Positions 39,147-53,031 of a stretch of 64,000 bases of DNA are shown in pieces. The position numbers were made by a program, and so were the translations under genes. Under the pieces are notes generated by a model. The model was given only the letters and a program-made list of their open reading frames with translations, did not search any database and had not been told where the DNA came from. Each line of letters opens with the position of its first letter. The stretch's first letter is position 1. The stretch spans positions 4,092,001-4,156,000 of the forward strand of contig OX597816.1 of NCBI GenBank assembly GCA_951406725.2, read 5' to 3'. This DNA is from Octopus vulgaris. Taxonomy: Eukaryota.

Positions 39147-39743
39147 CACGTATTTTTACTCTCTTAAAAAAAAAATAGAATTAAATAAATAAAAAAGAAC
39201 AAACAAAAATAAAATGCTTCCAATAATCCAGAAGACTTTTAGACACCAACACCATTCCATTCTTGGTAACAGTTACACATATTTAATTTAATGGATGAAG
39301 ATGCGATATCATTCTCCGGATCAAAATGGAAACCTGAAGATGTAATGGAATGATGGCTCCCGTAAAATATCATTCATTTAAATTTTCTATATCAAGCCAT
39401 CTGCAAAAGCGTTCCGTTTTGTGAGCCAATCATAAATTAAATCTGCGTATTTTTCTAAATGTCCACGATAATACACATATATGAATAGATGTTTTCTGCT
39501 GAAAACGGAATGAATGCAATCCCTCAAAGACCGAAAGTTACATGGAAAAAGGTAACTTTGTGAATGGATGTGCTTAAGTGTTTTGGATTGTATGACATGC
39601 GTTTAAATATAAATGTATCGTTTATGAGTGTATTTACGTTTAATATTGTGTGTCAGCCATGGTTATGAGTGTCAGGAATGGTCTTGTGAAGTCATGTTCT
39701 CACTATTTTAGCTTTTCATTGCCAAAAGTCAGACATTTACTTG

Positions 39744-39799
<56 letters not shown>

Positions 39800-39801
<2 letters not shown>

Positions 39802-39998
39802 TGTCGGTGCGAATGGCTTTTTATACGGCGACGTTTTACAATATAAGTTTAAAGCTTATGGCTATCATCGTGCAATGGCTAAGGAAAATAGTCTAATAAA
39901 GGTGCATATAAGTCCTCGACAGAAAAAAAAGAAGGCTTTCCTATCCACGTGGGAGTTGAACCTACAATCCTTTGTTAACGCGACTAAATGTGTTACCT
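39800..39998 (-). mobile_element. SINE-E (tRNA-like head)
   Basis: Minus strand ggtaacac..gtaggttcaactcccacgtggataggaaagcc; same body as 46415-46735. Confidence 0.7.
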
Positions 39999-40597
39999 TT
40001 ATATCAGCGAATCATCCCCCACCCTTTTTCTGTCAAATTATTCACTCACATACACACACTTATATATATCTCAATTTCGGATTCGGTTTGCAAGATTCTT
40101 TATGTAAGTTCGTGTGTTGAAGCATATTCTGTTCTGTGTGGGGAGACTCATTCTCTTTTAGTGCCTTATAAATTAACACACTCACCGGTAAACTTTCCAC
40201 TCATTTACTTTTTCATTCTCCCAAAATTTTCGTTGCGTCTTGAAATAAATTCTGTTCAAGAACATGCGATTGTCGCAAAATCATACGCACTGACTCTAAT
40301 CTCTCTTCCGGAAAGGCATTTGCTGTTTTTAATTAAGTGTTAATTGATTAATGTTATGTAATACAGTAGAATGACCAACCTGATATTATGTCTTGCCAAA
40401 TTCTCTATTTTTTTTTTTGTTCAAAGTGCAGATGTTATACGAGTAGTGAAAGGTAAGTTTTTTGCTTTCATCCTACTCAACTCTATAAAATAGGTGCAAG
40501 CCAATTATTCTTGTGTCTCTTCAATCGATTAAACTGCTTTTTATTTTTTCTTTCCTGCTATAATTCGGCCTTGTGCCAGCTGAGCACAAAAACTAAT

Positions 40598-40790
40598 CGA
40601 TCACTGAATTGGGTCGATCAAATGAACTCTACCGCTTTATAGTAGTTGTCATAAGACTGTGGTCGATTCACTTGGTTATGGCCTTTTCTGACGAAACTAA
40701 GCCGTGTGCCAAGTCAACAAAAAATGTATGTTAATATTGCTGTTGTTCATTGCGGTTTTTCGTTGCAGTTCGTGTTCGAAACATACACAC
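40598..40790. repeat. ~190-bp dispersed repeat with a direct copy at ~50118-50310
   Basis: Both share gctttatagtagttgtcataagactgtggtcgattcacttgg...ctgacgaaactaagccg. Confidence 0.85.
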
Positions 40791-42272
40791 ACGCATGCGC
40801 GCCGCTGTGTAAGTATATATTATGACTTCACTGAAAAGCTCAATAACATTACTAATAACCAATTGTTCGAATCCAATATACTTATGCTTTAGAGTAGAGC
40901 ATCAGGTGAGTGAAGAGTGTAGTATCAGTTAAGAAAGGACAAAAATTGTTATGAAATCCATATCATTAGCTTACAACTGTTTCTGCTACAAGGTGCGTTG
41001 CAGTCAGAGCTGAGTGGTCATCTTAAAGCTTTGTCAGAGACATCTAAATGAAATATTCACGCACACACACCACATATATTATATATGTGTGTGTGTGTGT
41101 GTGTGTGGATGTGTGTGGATGTGTGTGTATGTGTGTGTGCGCGTGTGTATGTGAGTGTGTGTGTATGTGTGTATATATGAATTCTTTGGAAAATATATTT
41201 TCTTCTGAAATACTCATAATAAACCCAACAAATAAAAGTTAAGGAAAATATATAATGAAATATCGATTTCTGATAGGGACCTTAAGAATGGATGGGTGGG
41301 TGTTGACTAATACCATATCCCAGCATCCCAGTCGTATATGATGCAGATCGAACCCAGTACGCAAGTGATGCTTAATTTATCGACCTCGAAAGGATGAAAT
41401 GCAAAGTCGACCTCTGTTGAATTCGAACTCAGAATGTAATGATAGACGAAATACCGCTAAGTATTTTGCCCCGCGTGCTAACGTTTCTGCAAGCTCGCCG
41501 CCTTCATGAAAGGAAACATCGGTATATCAAAAAGAAGTAAATAACAATGGAAGGATCTGTACGAAATGGCTTAGTGCTTTCTCATCTCATGGAACCAAAG
41601 ATGGATCCTAAGAGTGGTCTGACGACTTCCAGAACGTAAGAGGGAAAACTCACTTCAATTATAATCCACTTTGAAATACAACACATAGGAAAATTTAGTC
41701 TGAGGTAGACTATGCCTCATAAAAAAGTGCAATGATCCTAATCGAAACCCTCTACGGACGCTGTTTTGGGGCGAAGCAACAAGAACAACATTGGCAGCAG
41801 CAGCAGCAGCAGAAGTAGCAGCAGCAACCGGAAGCTAGCCCCGTGTGTATTGTTGCTTTTCATACTAGGAAATAAACGGATGTTGTGTTTGTATTGAAGC
41901 ATATTCAGTCTTCTGGGTCCTATTTGCTGCGGATGAATATGGCAGTAGAGGAGTGCCTGTTGCTATGGCGGCGTTGAATGCGTTATTTGTTTTATAAGGG
42001 AAAGGTTAGAGAGTAGATAAATGGTAGATATGTAGAAAACTAGAAGACATTATCGGTATGTGACGTTCTGTGTTACTTGAATGGCACTTGATTAACAGAA
42101 GGTTGACATACTCGAGACACACTGTGCCACTCTGGAGCTCACAAGAAGGAAAATCTTACATGAAGGACCGCATCACGCCTTTTCCGTTTTGTTATCACCA
42201 TTATTGTTATCGATATCGTTATCGTCAGTCTCATTAGGGACTCCATTAATATCGTATTGTCATCCTATTAAA

Positions 42273-42657
42273 TACCACCACCACCATCACAGCTGCTGCC
42301 ACCACCAACACCATCACCACCATCACTACCATTTCCACCTCTATCAAGGTCACCACCACCAAGACCACCACCACCATCACCACAACTACCACTACCATCT
42401 CCACCTCTGCCACCACCACCAAGACTACCAACACCACCACCACCACCACCACCACCACCACCACCACCAAGACTATCACCACCAAGACCACCACCACCAC
42501 AATCTCCACCACCACCACAACCACCACCACCACCACCACCAAGACTATCACCACCAAGACCACCACCACCATCTCCACCACCACCACCACCACCACCACC
42601 ACAACCACCACCACCACCACCACCACCACCACCACCACCACCACCACCACCATCACC
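42273..42657. repeat. Imperfect (CAC)n tract with internal higher-order duplication
   Basis: Direct reading; source of the His-, Gly- and Val-rich ORFs. Confidence 0.9.
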
Positions 42658-43414
42658 GTTAATAGCAAAGCTGCCGCGGCGGCCACCATTGCTGTTTGCT
42701 GTTCGCCCTGCAGGCAGCACGGTAAACCATCATCATCCTCATACGAATCCCTATTGCAATAGCCGTCATCATCATAACCGTCATCATCACCATCTTGAAT
42801 ATCATTGTTGTCACTGTAATTGACGCCAAGGAAGACAAAACGAAACCGATATAATCATCAACATCATCATCATTACCATCACCATAATCATCACCATCGT
42901 CATCGACCTCACCGTCGTCGTCCCCATCATCCTCGTCATCAACTTTGTCGTCGTCCTGATCAATTAATGCATTTTGTGTTGCGATAAATAATTTCGTGAC
43001 GCCTATTGAAGGATCCATCGCCGATTTCGACGATGAGCAGGCAATGGCAATTGATCAACTAAGCGCCCGTCCTACCATTCCCACCACATAATTATCCCTA
43101 TTCATTTAATAAAATAGTCTCCCTACCTCCCTTATGTATACATATAAGTTCAGTAAAAGTTTAGATTCAGTTGAATATGGTACTTAAGATATAGGCACCA
43201 GAATTTGGTATGGTATTATCGATATAATTCAAAATAAGGTGATTATAATCAAAATAAGCATCAAGGATGTCCAGAGGTAATGCAGTACGATCGTTTCATG
43301 CGACTTCATTTAACTGAACAATGCAAGTATTACATCGGTTTTAAAATGTGGAGCAATCTTCAGCTGCATATGGAATTTTTGGTTACATTTATATATATAT
43401 ATATATATATGTTT

Positions 43415-43446
<32 letters not shown>

Positions 43447-43638
43447 TGTACGTGTGTGTGCCTGTGTTCATATCCCACCATCGCTTGATAACTGGATATT
43501 GGTGTGTTTACGTCCCAGTAACTTACCGATTGGCAGTTCGATATAATAAGTACTAAATTTACAAAGAATAAGTCTCGGTGTCGATTTGCCCCACTAAAAG
43601 CAGTGCTCCAGCATCGCCGCATTTAAACGACTGAAACA

Positions 43639-43688
<50 letters not shown>

Positions 43689-43808
43689 AGATGTGGAACA
43701 CGAGTTGTGATATATAAAAAAAGGAAATGAAGAAAATGCTGACAAAAAGAACTTCACCTAATTAAATTACTTAAATTACTTAAATTATTTTGTCAGCATT
43801 TTCATTTC

Positions 43809-43865
<57 letters not shown>

Positions 43866-43867
<2 letters not shown>

Positions 43868-44265
43868 TTTGCGTGTTTCAGTCATTAGACTGCGGCCATG
43901 CTGGGGCACTATCTTGAGGAAGATTTACTCGAATGTATCGACTTCAGTGCTTGTATTTTATACGCCTGGTACTTATTCTATCGATTTCTTTTGCCGAAAC
44001 GCTAGGTTAAAGTGATGTAGACACACCAACACCGGTTCTCAAGTAGTGGTGGGGGATGAACACAGACACAAAAACACACACACACACGCACACATACACA
44101 TATAAGACGGGCTTCTTTCAGTTTCCGTCTACCAAATCTACTGATAAGGCTTTAGTTGGCCCAAGACCATAGTAGAAGATACTTGCCCAAGATCCCATGC
44201 AGTGGGACTGAACCTTGAACCATTTGGTTGGCAAGCAAGTTTCTTACCACACAGCCACGCCTGCA
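43866..44265 (-). mobile_element. SINE-A
   Basis: Matches the A consensus. Confidence 0.8.
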
Positions 44266-44384
44266 ATATTGAATCAAGATTTTATCGCTTGACGGAGTCA
44301 CACCAGTCATTCTGGGAGGATTATCTTCAAGGGTGTAGAGAAGCATATCAGTAATTATTTTATATGTTTGGCATTTATATTTAT

Positions 44385-44952
44385 TTTTGTATTGCTCCCA
44401 GGGGGTTAAACATAGAAGGGACAAACAATAACAAGCATAGGGATTAAGTCGATTATATCGACCCCAGTGAGTAACTGGTACTTAATTTATCGACCCCGAA
44501 AGGATGAAAAGCAAAGTTGAAGTCGGCGGAATTTGAACTCAACGAAATACCTATTTCTTTACTAACCACAAGGGACTAAACACAGAGGGGACAAATAAGG
44601 ACAGACAAACGGATTAAATCGATTATATCGACCCCAGTGAGTAACTGGTACTTAATTTATCGATCCCGAAAGGATGAAAGACAAAGTCGACCTCGGCGGA
44701 ATTTCAACTCAACGAAATACCTATCTCTTTACTACCCACAAGGGGCTAAACACAGAGGGGATAAATAAGGACAGACAAACGGATTAAGTCGATTACATCG
44801 ACCCCAGTGCGTAACCGGTACATATCTAATCGACCCCGAAAGGATGAAAGGCAAAGTCGATCTCGGCGGAATTTGAACTCAGAACGTAACGACAGACGAA
44901 ATACCGCAAACAGTTTCGCCCGGCGTGCTAACGTTCTGCCAGCTCGCCGCCC
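44385..44952 (-). mobile_element. SINE-B trimer
   Basis: Junctions aacgaaatacctat at ~44541 and ~44711. Confidence 0.88.
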
Positions 44953-45547
44953 TTTTGGCACTTTACCAGTGTTTGGTCAACAGTTACGCTGCACCAACAG
45001 CAGCATTTGTGTCGGGCAGCATAAATGAAAATACGCCTATTAACACATGCGCACACTCATAGATACACACACAAACACACAAACACTCTCTCTCAAAGAC
45101 GAACACACAAACATACGCACACGAACAACAACGACACCAACAACAACAACAACACACACACAGACACAGACACAAACACACGTATATAAACCGTTAGTAT
45201 AATATAGGTTAAGTCTCCCGATATACTAGCAGAGGTGTTTAGAACAATCTATTTTATTTGTCTACATGACAAGATAAAGCTGTGAAGAGATTTTAATTAA
45301 TTATGATAACGGGCTATAATGTATTATAATATATATTACATATATTATATTTGGGCGTGGTTTTGTGCTCATAGGCGCAATCGATACGGTGTGGTAAGAA
45401 TTTGCTTCCCACCCACATGGCTGCGGCTTCAGTCCCACAACGTGGTATCATGGGTAAGTGTCTTTTGCTATAGCCTCAGGCTAACCAAGACCTTGTGTGT
45501 GGATTAGGTTGTCGGAAACTGACAGAAGCGTGGCGTACAATAAACAC

Positions 45548-45580
<33 letters not shown>

Positions 45581-45795
45581 AACTTAGATAAACTTAGATA
45601 TGTTTCGACCAAAGATTGGTCCAGGTCATGTCTAACTTAATAGCACCACCTGATAGGATTATTTGAATCCTGTTTAAGTCAAGTTTTGTTTATGGTCCAT
45701 TCAAGTAGTGAGTTTTTGTTGGGTGAGTTGTATCCAAATATGGGTGGCTTATCTGGTATTCCTTGAAGGAATCGATCCAGACTCCGTTTAAAGTT
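45581..45795 (-). mobile_element. CR1-group LINE 3' end (same family as 48000-48540)
   Basis: Near-identical to 48010-48215; short repeated tail (tatctaagtt). Confidence 0.8.
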
Positions 45796-45851
45796 TATAT
45801 AATATTTATATTATTATGTGATTGAACGCGACGCATCCTTTTACAGGTAAG

Positions 45852-46256
<405 letters not shown>

Positions 46257-46414
46257 ATGATAATAATGATAATAATGATAATAATAATAATAATAATAAT
46301 AGCATGTGCCTGGTGTACCTTTATCAGACGGGTAGTCATGATGGGTATATTGGGCTTCGTATATTTTACCCCAGTGTCACTTTGATGGCATGAACTGCTC
46401 TCTCACTCAATAAT

Positions 46415-46735
46415 AATAATAGTGGTATTTATGTAAGCTTAAAGCTTATAGCGATCAACGTGCAATGACTATGGAAAATAGTCTAACAAAGGGGCATATA
46501 AGCCCTTGACAGAAACCATAGTAGGCTTTCCTATCCGCGTGGGACGTGGGTTCGAGTCCCATGCGGATAGAAAAGCCTTCTTTTGTTTCTGTCGAGGGTT
46601 CATATGCTCCTTTATTAGACTATTTTCCTTAGTCATTGCATGGTGATCACCGTAAGCTTTAGGCTTATATAAATACCACTATTATTGTTATTTACAGGAT
46701 TGTAAAACCCGGTACCGTATTACAAACCATTCGCA
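46415..46735. mobile_element. Fold-back (head-to-head) SINE-E with the B box at the hairpin apex
   Basis: Arms 46415-46545 and 46556-46686; GGTTCGAGTCC at 46549-46559. Confidence 0.85.
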
Positions 46736-46748
46736 TATATATACATAC

Positions 46749-47100
46749 ATCATCATCGTCATCATCATCGCTTAAATTCCGTTCTCCATGCTAGCATGGG
46801 TTGGACGATTCGACCGGGGATCTGGGAAGCCAGAAGGCTGCACCAGGCTCCAGTCTTATCTGGCAGTGTTTCTACAGCTGGATGCCCTTCCTAACGCCAA
46901 CCACTCCGTGAGTGTAGTGCGTGCTTTTTACGTGCCACCTGCACAGGTGCCAGGCGAGGCTGGCAACGGCCACGGTCGGATTCGTGCATTTTACGTGCCA
47001 CCAGCACGGAAGCCAGTCGAGGAAGCGCTGGCATCGGCCGCGATTCGGCTAGTGGTTTTTACGTATCACCAGTCCAGGGGTCCTGGCAACTGCCGGGTGC
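46749..47100 (-). mobile_element. SINE-D / RTE-tailed retroposon
   Basis: Reverse complement of 14726-15030. Confidence 0.75.
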
Positions 47101-47110
47101 CAGTCTTTTC

Positions 47111-47178
<68 letters not shown>

Positions 47179-47556
47179 CTATGTACATATACACATGTGT
47201 ATGTGTGTGTGATTTGTGTCTGTTCTTATCATCAATGACCACACACACACACCACCAACACCAACCCCTGACAAGCGTTGTTGTTGTCTTTACGTACCGT
47301 AATCTAGCAGTTCGGCAAAAGGTCCGGATAGAATGAGTGGCAGGCTTGACAAAAAGTAAATGATTACTAGGTTCAATCTATTCGATTAAAAATGCATCAA
47401 GACGATGTCCCAGAATGGTCGCTGTCTAATGACTGAATCAAGGAAGAAGTATATACGTTTATGCATATACATACTTATACATATATACATATATATACAT
47501 ATACATACATAGACATATGTATATACATACATACATATTTGTATGTGTGTGTGTGT

Positions 47557-47760
47557 GTGAAATAAAATGAGACAACAAAGCCAAGGCTGTGTAGAATTTT
47601 CAAGACACAAAGAGAATGTTAAAGTTAGTCTTATATCTGTTTCTGTATCCTGTTTCTTATATCCCTAATATCCCAGAAACAGCTGTAAGACAAAATTTCT
47701 CTTTATAAATGTCCTGAAAATTCCACACAACCTTGGCTTTGTTGTTTCATTTTATTTAAC
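47557..47760. mobile_element. Fold-back element with the 3' half of a hammerhead motif
   Basis: Arms aaataaaatgagacaacaaagccaagg and ccttggctttgttgtttcattttattt; GAAA cagctg TA agac at ~47676-47691. Confidence 0.6.
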
Positions 47761-47950
47761 GTATACATGCACATACATGACCTGTTTTAAACTCCTCGTT
47801 CGTATCATTATCGAACCGAGAGTTTAACTACGGTCCTTCCATAGCATTTGCGTAGCGTTACCTGCTTACTTGAGTCTACTGGATACCAATACTTCTCATA
47901 TGTATGTATGCATGTATGTATGTATGTATGTATGTATGTATGTATGTATG

Positions 47951-47994
<44 letters not shown>

Positions 47995-47999
47995 ACTTA

Positions 48000-48540
48000 T
48001 AAGTAAACTTAAATAAACTTAGATGTGTTTCGACCAAAGATTGGTCCAGGTCATGTCTAACTTAATAGCACCAGATAGGATTATTCGAATCCTGTTTAAG
48101 TCAAGTTTTGTTTATGGTCCATTCAAGTAGTGAGTTTTTGTTGGGTGAGTTGTATCCAATTATGGGTGGCTTATCTGGTATTCTTTGAAGGAATCTATCC
48201 AGACTCCATTTAAAGTTGATGGGATCCTTTTCCACTTTGATCTCTTTCGGGACAATGTTAAATAGGGCAGGGCCTGTTGAGGAAAAGAAATTATATTGCA
48301 GTGTACATGTATGCTGTGATCTTGAATTTGGCAGGGGACGTATGGCTCGTGGTCCCAGTCTTGGATGAACCTTGAAGCTAATGTTCAGGTCGTTTGGGCA
48401 AAGTTGGCGGTATATTCTCCACATTGTACAAATGATGTACCGCTCACGGCGATGCTGGAGAGAGTAAAGTTTCAAGGCTTTAGGGCGATCCCAATAATCG
48501 AGAGCAGCCATGCCTTCAATTCGTTTAGTGAGTGCCCTAA
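48000..48540 (-). mobile_element. 5'-truncated CR1-group LINE ORF2 C-terminus and 3' UTR
   Basis: RALTKRIEGMAALDYWDRPKALKLYSLQHRRERY..LFNIVPKEI..FKWSLDRFLQRIPDKP. Confidence 0.85.
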
Positions 48541-48826
48541 AGCCAATATGCTGATAACAGACTATTAAATCGTCAATTTCCACATATAATCTACTCACTA
48601 CAAAAATCGAAGAACTTAAGTCCGGCAAGTTGGCCGTTAGAATCTTTAAAATTCGTTATCTCTATATTGAATCAATTTCGGAATTAATCTCATAAAAGAA
48701 TTATTCCTCTTCAGTAGAGTTTACGAGAGAATATAAATAAGATACTTACATGCACCCATGGAAAAAACGAGTAGATCATATGTGGAAATTGACGATTTAA
48801 TAGTCTGTTATCAGCATATTGGCTTT
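48540..48826. mobile_element. Element with ~57-bp terminal inverted arms enclosing a hammerhead
   Basis: agccaatatgctgataacagactattaaatcgtcaatttccacatat and its reverse complement at ~48768-48825. Confidence 0.8.
48660..48719 (-). ncRNA. Type I hammerhead ribozyme, perfect core, extended stem II
   Basis: ctcta CTGAAGA ggaataattcttttatgagattaattcc GAAA ttga-t-tcaa TA tagag. Confidence 0.88.
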
Positions 48827-48955
48827 GAAATAATATTCTTTAGCTCTTACTTATAAGCTGTTTATAATTTTAACCGTAAAGGTATTTTAATATGCTGCCA
48901 CATTTCTTGACGGAATTTTTTTCTGGAGAGAAAAAAACTTCATCCTATATTAGTA

Positions 48956-49099
<144 letters not shown>

Positions 49100-50499
49100 A
49101 TGTATGTATCATGTTGTTCGTTGGCTTTTCTTTTCATCTTTCTTGCCGTATACATTCGCTAGCTTTCTTACAAAGGAGTCTAATACTCTTAGCTCAGACT
49201 CTTTGAGGGACAAGATCGAACCATCTCAAGTGTAACTGCCCGAAATGGTCATAACTTCTGGTACTTGACTGAGGAATGAAAGGCACGAATGATCCCTCTT
49301 TTTTTGCCTGTCCTTCTAATTTTTGTTTCTCTTGTCCGCCTGTGTCGTCTACCTGTCCGAACGTTTTAATCCCCTCTATTGCGTTTTTGTTTCATATATA
49401 TATATATATATAGAATCTCGGGAATTTTACCCGCCCTTGATAGATATATATTATATTACAGCATTTTGGTATGTACGGGTACTTAAATTAATTACCCGCC
49501 CTTCCACTTACAAACTTATACTTAGTCTAAGAATAGGGTTCATGGTGTTGGTAGGAACGGATGATCGGAATCTTATGGAGAACATACCATTTTACTATAG
49601 TGCTTGTAATTCAGTAGATGAGGCGAGGAGGCGGAGAAGAAAGGGGCCATAAGATTCCACGTAACCGATCTCCTCAAATGTTACTGATCTCTCCAACGAT
49701 GCAAAAAAGCTGAAAATGTCTTCGAAAGAAACAAAAAGAAACTTCCTCTCTGCATGATTTTAGCATCGAATTTGTCGGTTGTGTGCTCAGTGTTTTCAGG
49801 TACTGAACCAGGTTTTGCTTGGAATGCATCCGGGACATGAGAATATGTTCATCGGACTGTAATTTTAATTTATTTATATTCAAGCAAATTACAATGTTTC
49901 TTCTATTCTTTTCATGGCACTTGTTTAGCAAACTGTTCATCTTAATCTTTAGCACTAAACGCAAGTTGCAGTTGCTCCTGCGGCTATTGCAGGAATTCAA
50001 TTTGATGCTACATGTTTAGCGAAGAATCACATTTTCTTTTGTTACTGAACGAATGGAATTCTTGTATGCAACAGGCCTTAAATATAATTCCGGTGAACAC
50101 TATGCATGATTCCTGAATCGATCATTGAATTGGTTCGATTAAATGAGCTCTTCGGCTTTATAGTAGTTGTCATAAGACTGTGGTCGATTCACTTGGTTTT
50201 AGCCTTTTCTGACGAAACTAAGCCGTATGCCAAGTCAATAAAAAAATGTATGTTAATATTGCTGTTGCTCATTGCGGTTTCTGTTGCAGTTCGTGTTTGA
50301 AACATACACACGCACACACACACATGTACACATGCTCTCTCTCTCTTTTTTTCTCTCTCTCACCTATACACACATATACACGATATATAATATTTTTCGT
50401 ACTATCCAATAGCTTTTATTTAAAAATGTACTCATCAATTTCTTTAACTTATATTTATTGGTAAAAAGCCAATTAGTTATTTTTTTTTTACAGTTGTGT

Positions 50500-50830
50500 T
50501 GTGATTATCGCAGAGAGGACTTGAATATGTTGTAAAGATACCTGGTTTAAGCAAATAAAGCGAACTTCAAATAGTTTCTGTAGCAATAAATTGTTACTAT
50601 TTTGAAGATTGGCGAGGTGTGAGCACTTTTGCCATATTTGTAAACTGGTGGTTAAAACCATGAAGCAAGAGTTCGGAAACATTTGCCATATTTATATACA
50701 CGTTGATACTACAAGTTGGGTTACACCATATGGTATTCCTTTGTGTAGTTCATCTTATTGCCATTGATACCGCATACTAATTTTTGTGGTATATGCCTGC
50801 TTTTCAGCGAGTGAATTATCGTACCCTGAT
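50500..50830 (-). pseudogene. Decayed Penelope-like element ORF remnant (linker between RT and GIY-YIG)
   Basis: QRNTIWCNPTCSINVYIKYGKCFRTL..WF*PPVYKYGK resembles the recalled PLE motif RNIIWFNPPYSxNVxTNIGKxFLxL..HFP. Confidence 0.5.
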
Positions 50831-52694
50831 TCTTCTTCGGTGTCATAGACGGGGAATCAGTACAATGAAAGTAACGAGCTCGCGACATGTATGCAACGTG
50901 TTATGCATAATTATTTGAATTGTTTGATATCACATGTTGTTCGTTGTGCTACTTCAGATGACGACTCTAAAGTATGGAAGAAAAACAAGTAATTCATAGA
51001 CTACAGGTGAGGCCATATTCACACGCCATTGCTTAAATGTCTTTACACTGTTAATCAATGATGTATTACGTAGTCCAGGAAAACCATTGGCGGTGTAGGA
51101 GGAAAATAACACCATGGTTACTTATGAAAAGGTGATGATTGGGCAGAAGACAACAAGATGAAGAATAAATGAAAGAGATGAAGAGAAATAAATCAAGACA
51201 AAAAAAAGTTAAAATAATATGGAGGGCAGTTGAATAACAGAAATAATACAGGTAGATAAATTTGATCTGTTGGATGTAGGAAATGTAATACAAAGAAGGA
51301 AGCAGAATATGTGGAGCTGTTCAACAAAATAATCAGTAACTAGATAAATAGTAATTTTGTAATTAAATAAAAATAATTAACTAAGCGAATAGAAAAGTAA
51401 TTGGTGACTAAAAGCATAAGTGGGTAAATAAATAAACGAATAGTCTAATTGTGTATTTAATTGCTTCATTGTAAAAATAATTAAATCACTGATTTATTAC
51501 ATTTTAAATTTTGGTTGAAGGCCAATAATTTTAAGGGGAAGGGGTTAACTGACCCGATATCTTACTGGTACATCATTTTATCGATGCGAAATTTGAAAGG
51601 CAAATTCCATCTATGTCGTATTTGAGCGCACAACGTAGAGATGGAGAATTCTACCATCTCGCCTCTTATATAATGGTTTCAAAATTTGGCACTGGGCCAA
51701 CTGAGGGAGTTAATCGATATAATCCACGTTTCTACTTTATTGGTACTTAATCTTATCGACACCGAAGGATTGAAAAGCAAACTTAAGCCTGGTGGAATTT
51801 GAACTCAGAACGTAATGGATTGGATGAAATACCGCGAGGTATTTTTCCGACACTCTAATGACTCTGCGAGCTTGCCGCCTTATAATTGATTAATAGTATA
51901 AATGACGGAACCCACACTTTCGGGCAACAGCCTGAGGCGGTCATCGAGATTGATCCGGGGGAGGGGAGACGGCGTGAATATTTCCTGCTGTTAAAAATCC
52001 TTATTTCCACATTTGCAAGCCAGGTATTCATGATGTCAAAATGGCATCATCTGGACCTCATGAAGAAGTAGAAATACACCGATGAGCAAATTGTAAAGTA
52101 GTTGACCTGCTTAAGTGAATTCTCAGAAAAGAACCCTGCACCACATGTACGCAGCGCCTTAATTGGAGAAAACATGCTGAAGAGCTATAGCTCCTACACA
52201 GATCGATTCCAGAACCTTTGAATGTTCAGTCGAATCCCTTTTTGGTCGAGAGCATAACCTTAGAAATTTCAGTTTAAATTCCAGTTGAGAAATCACTTTT
52301 GTCGTTCAAAACTTCAGTTACAGATCTCATAAGCTTTAAACTAAAGATATAGAATCTGGAGCCAGATTTTCTGATTGAAACTGCCCTGAGATGTTATTGC
52401 TAATCATAGGTACGCATGCTTTTATTATAACTAGTTAAGGCATGTTATGCTAACGAGAATGTGTATAGTTAATTCATACGCCAAACTGAAGAGAAGATTG
52501 CTGAAGATATCACATGAGAAAGTCATAAATAACAACATGTGGTACACACAAAGTAGACACACTCAAGTATAAGCACATTCATACATAAATTATATATGTG
52601 TGTATATACATACAAATCTACGTATAGAGAGACAGTGACGCAGGCAAACACGATTAGGCCTGATATACATAAATGTATACATATACATATACTT

Positions 52695-52822
52695 GAACGT
52701 GAAACTCCGAGTAACAGGTTTTGTTGAATTTCTGGTGCTTTTAAATAAAGCATATTACTCTACCCCTGGTATTTGAGTACTCTTTTTTCCACCTTGTTTC
52801 ACATTTATGTGTTTACTCCGGT
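52695..52822 (+). mobile_element. Truncated copy of the 14010-14240 family (3' half of HHR plus tail)
   Basis: acgt GAAA ctccgag TA acag, then the reverse complement of 14010-14097. Confidence 0.8.
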
Positions 52823-52925
52823 GTACATATATATATATATACATATATGCATCGTGAATACATACATAGATACATAGATACATATATATATATATATATT
52901 ATAATAATATAATATATATATAAAA

Positions 52926-53031
<106 letters not shown>

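Noticed and set aside
48010-48065. Hammerhead in the LINE 3' UTR (gacc..ggtcGAAA)
   Set aside because: The CUGANGA box is missing; better explained as the LINE 3' stem-loop
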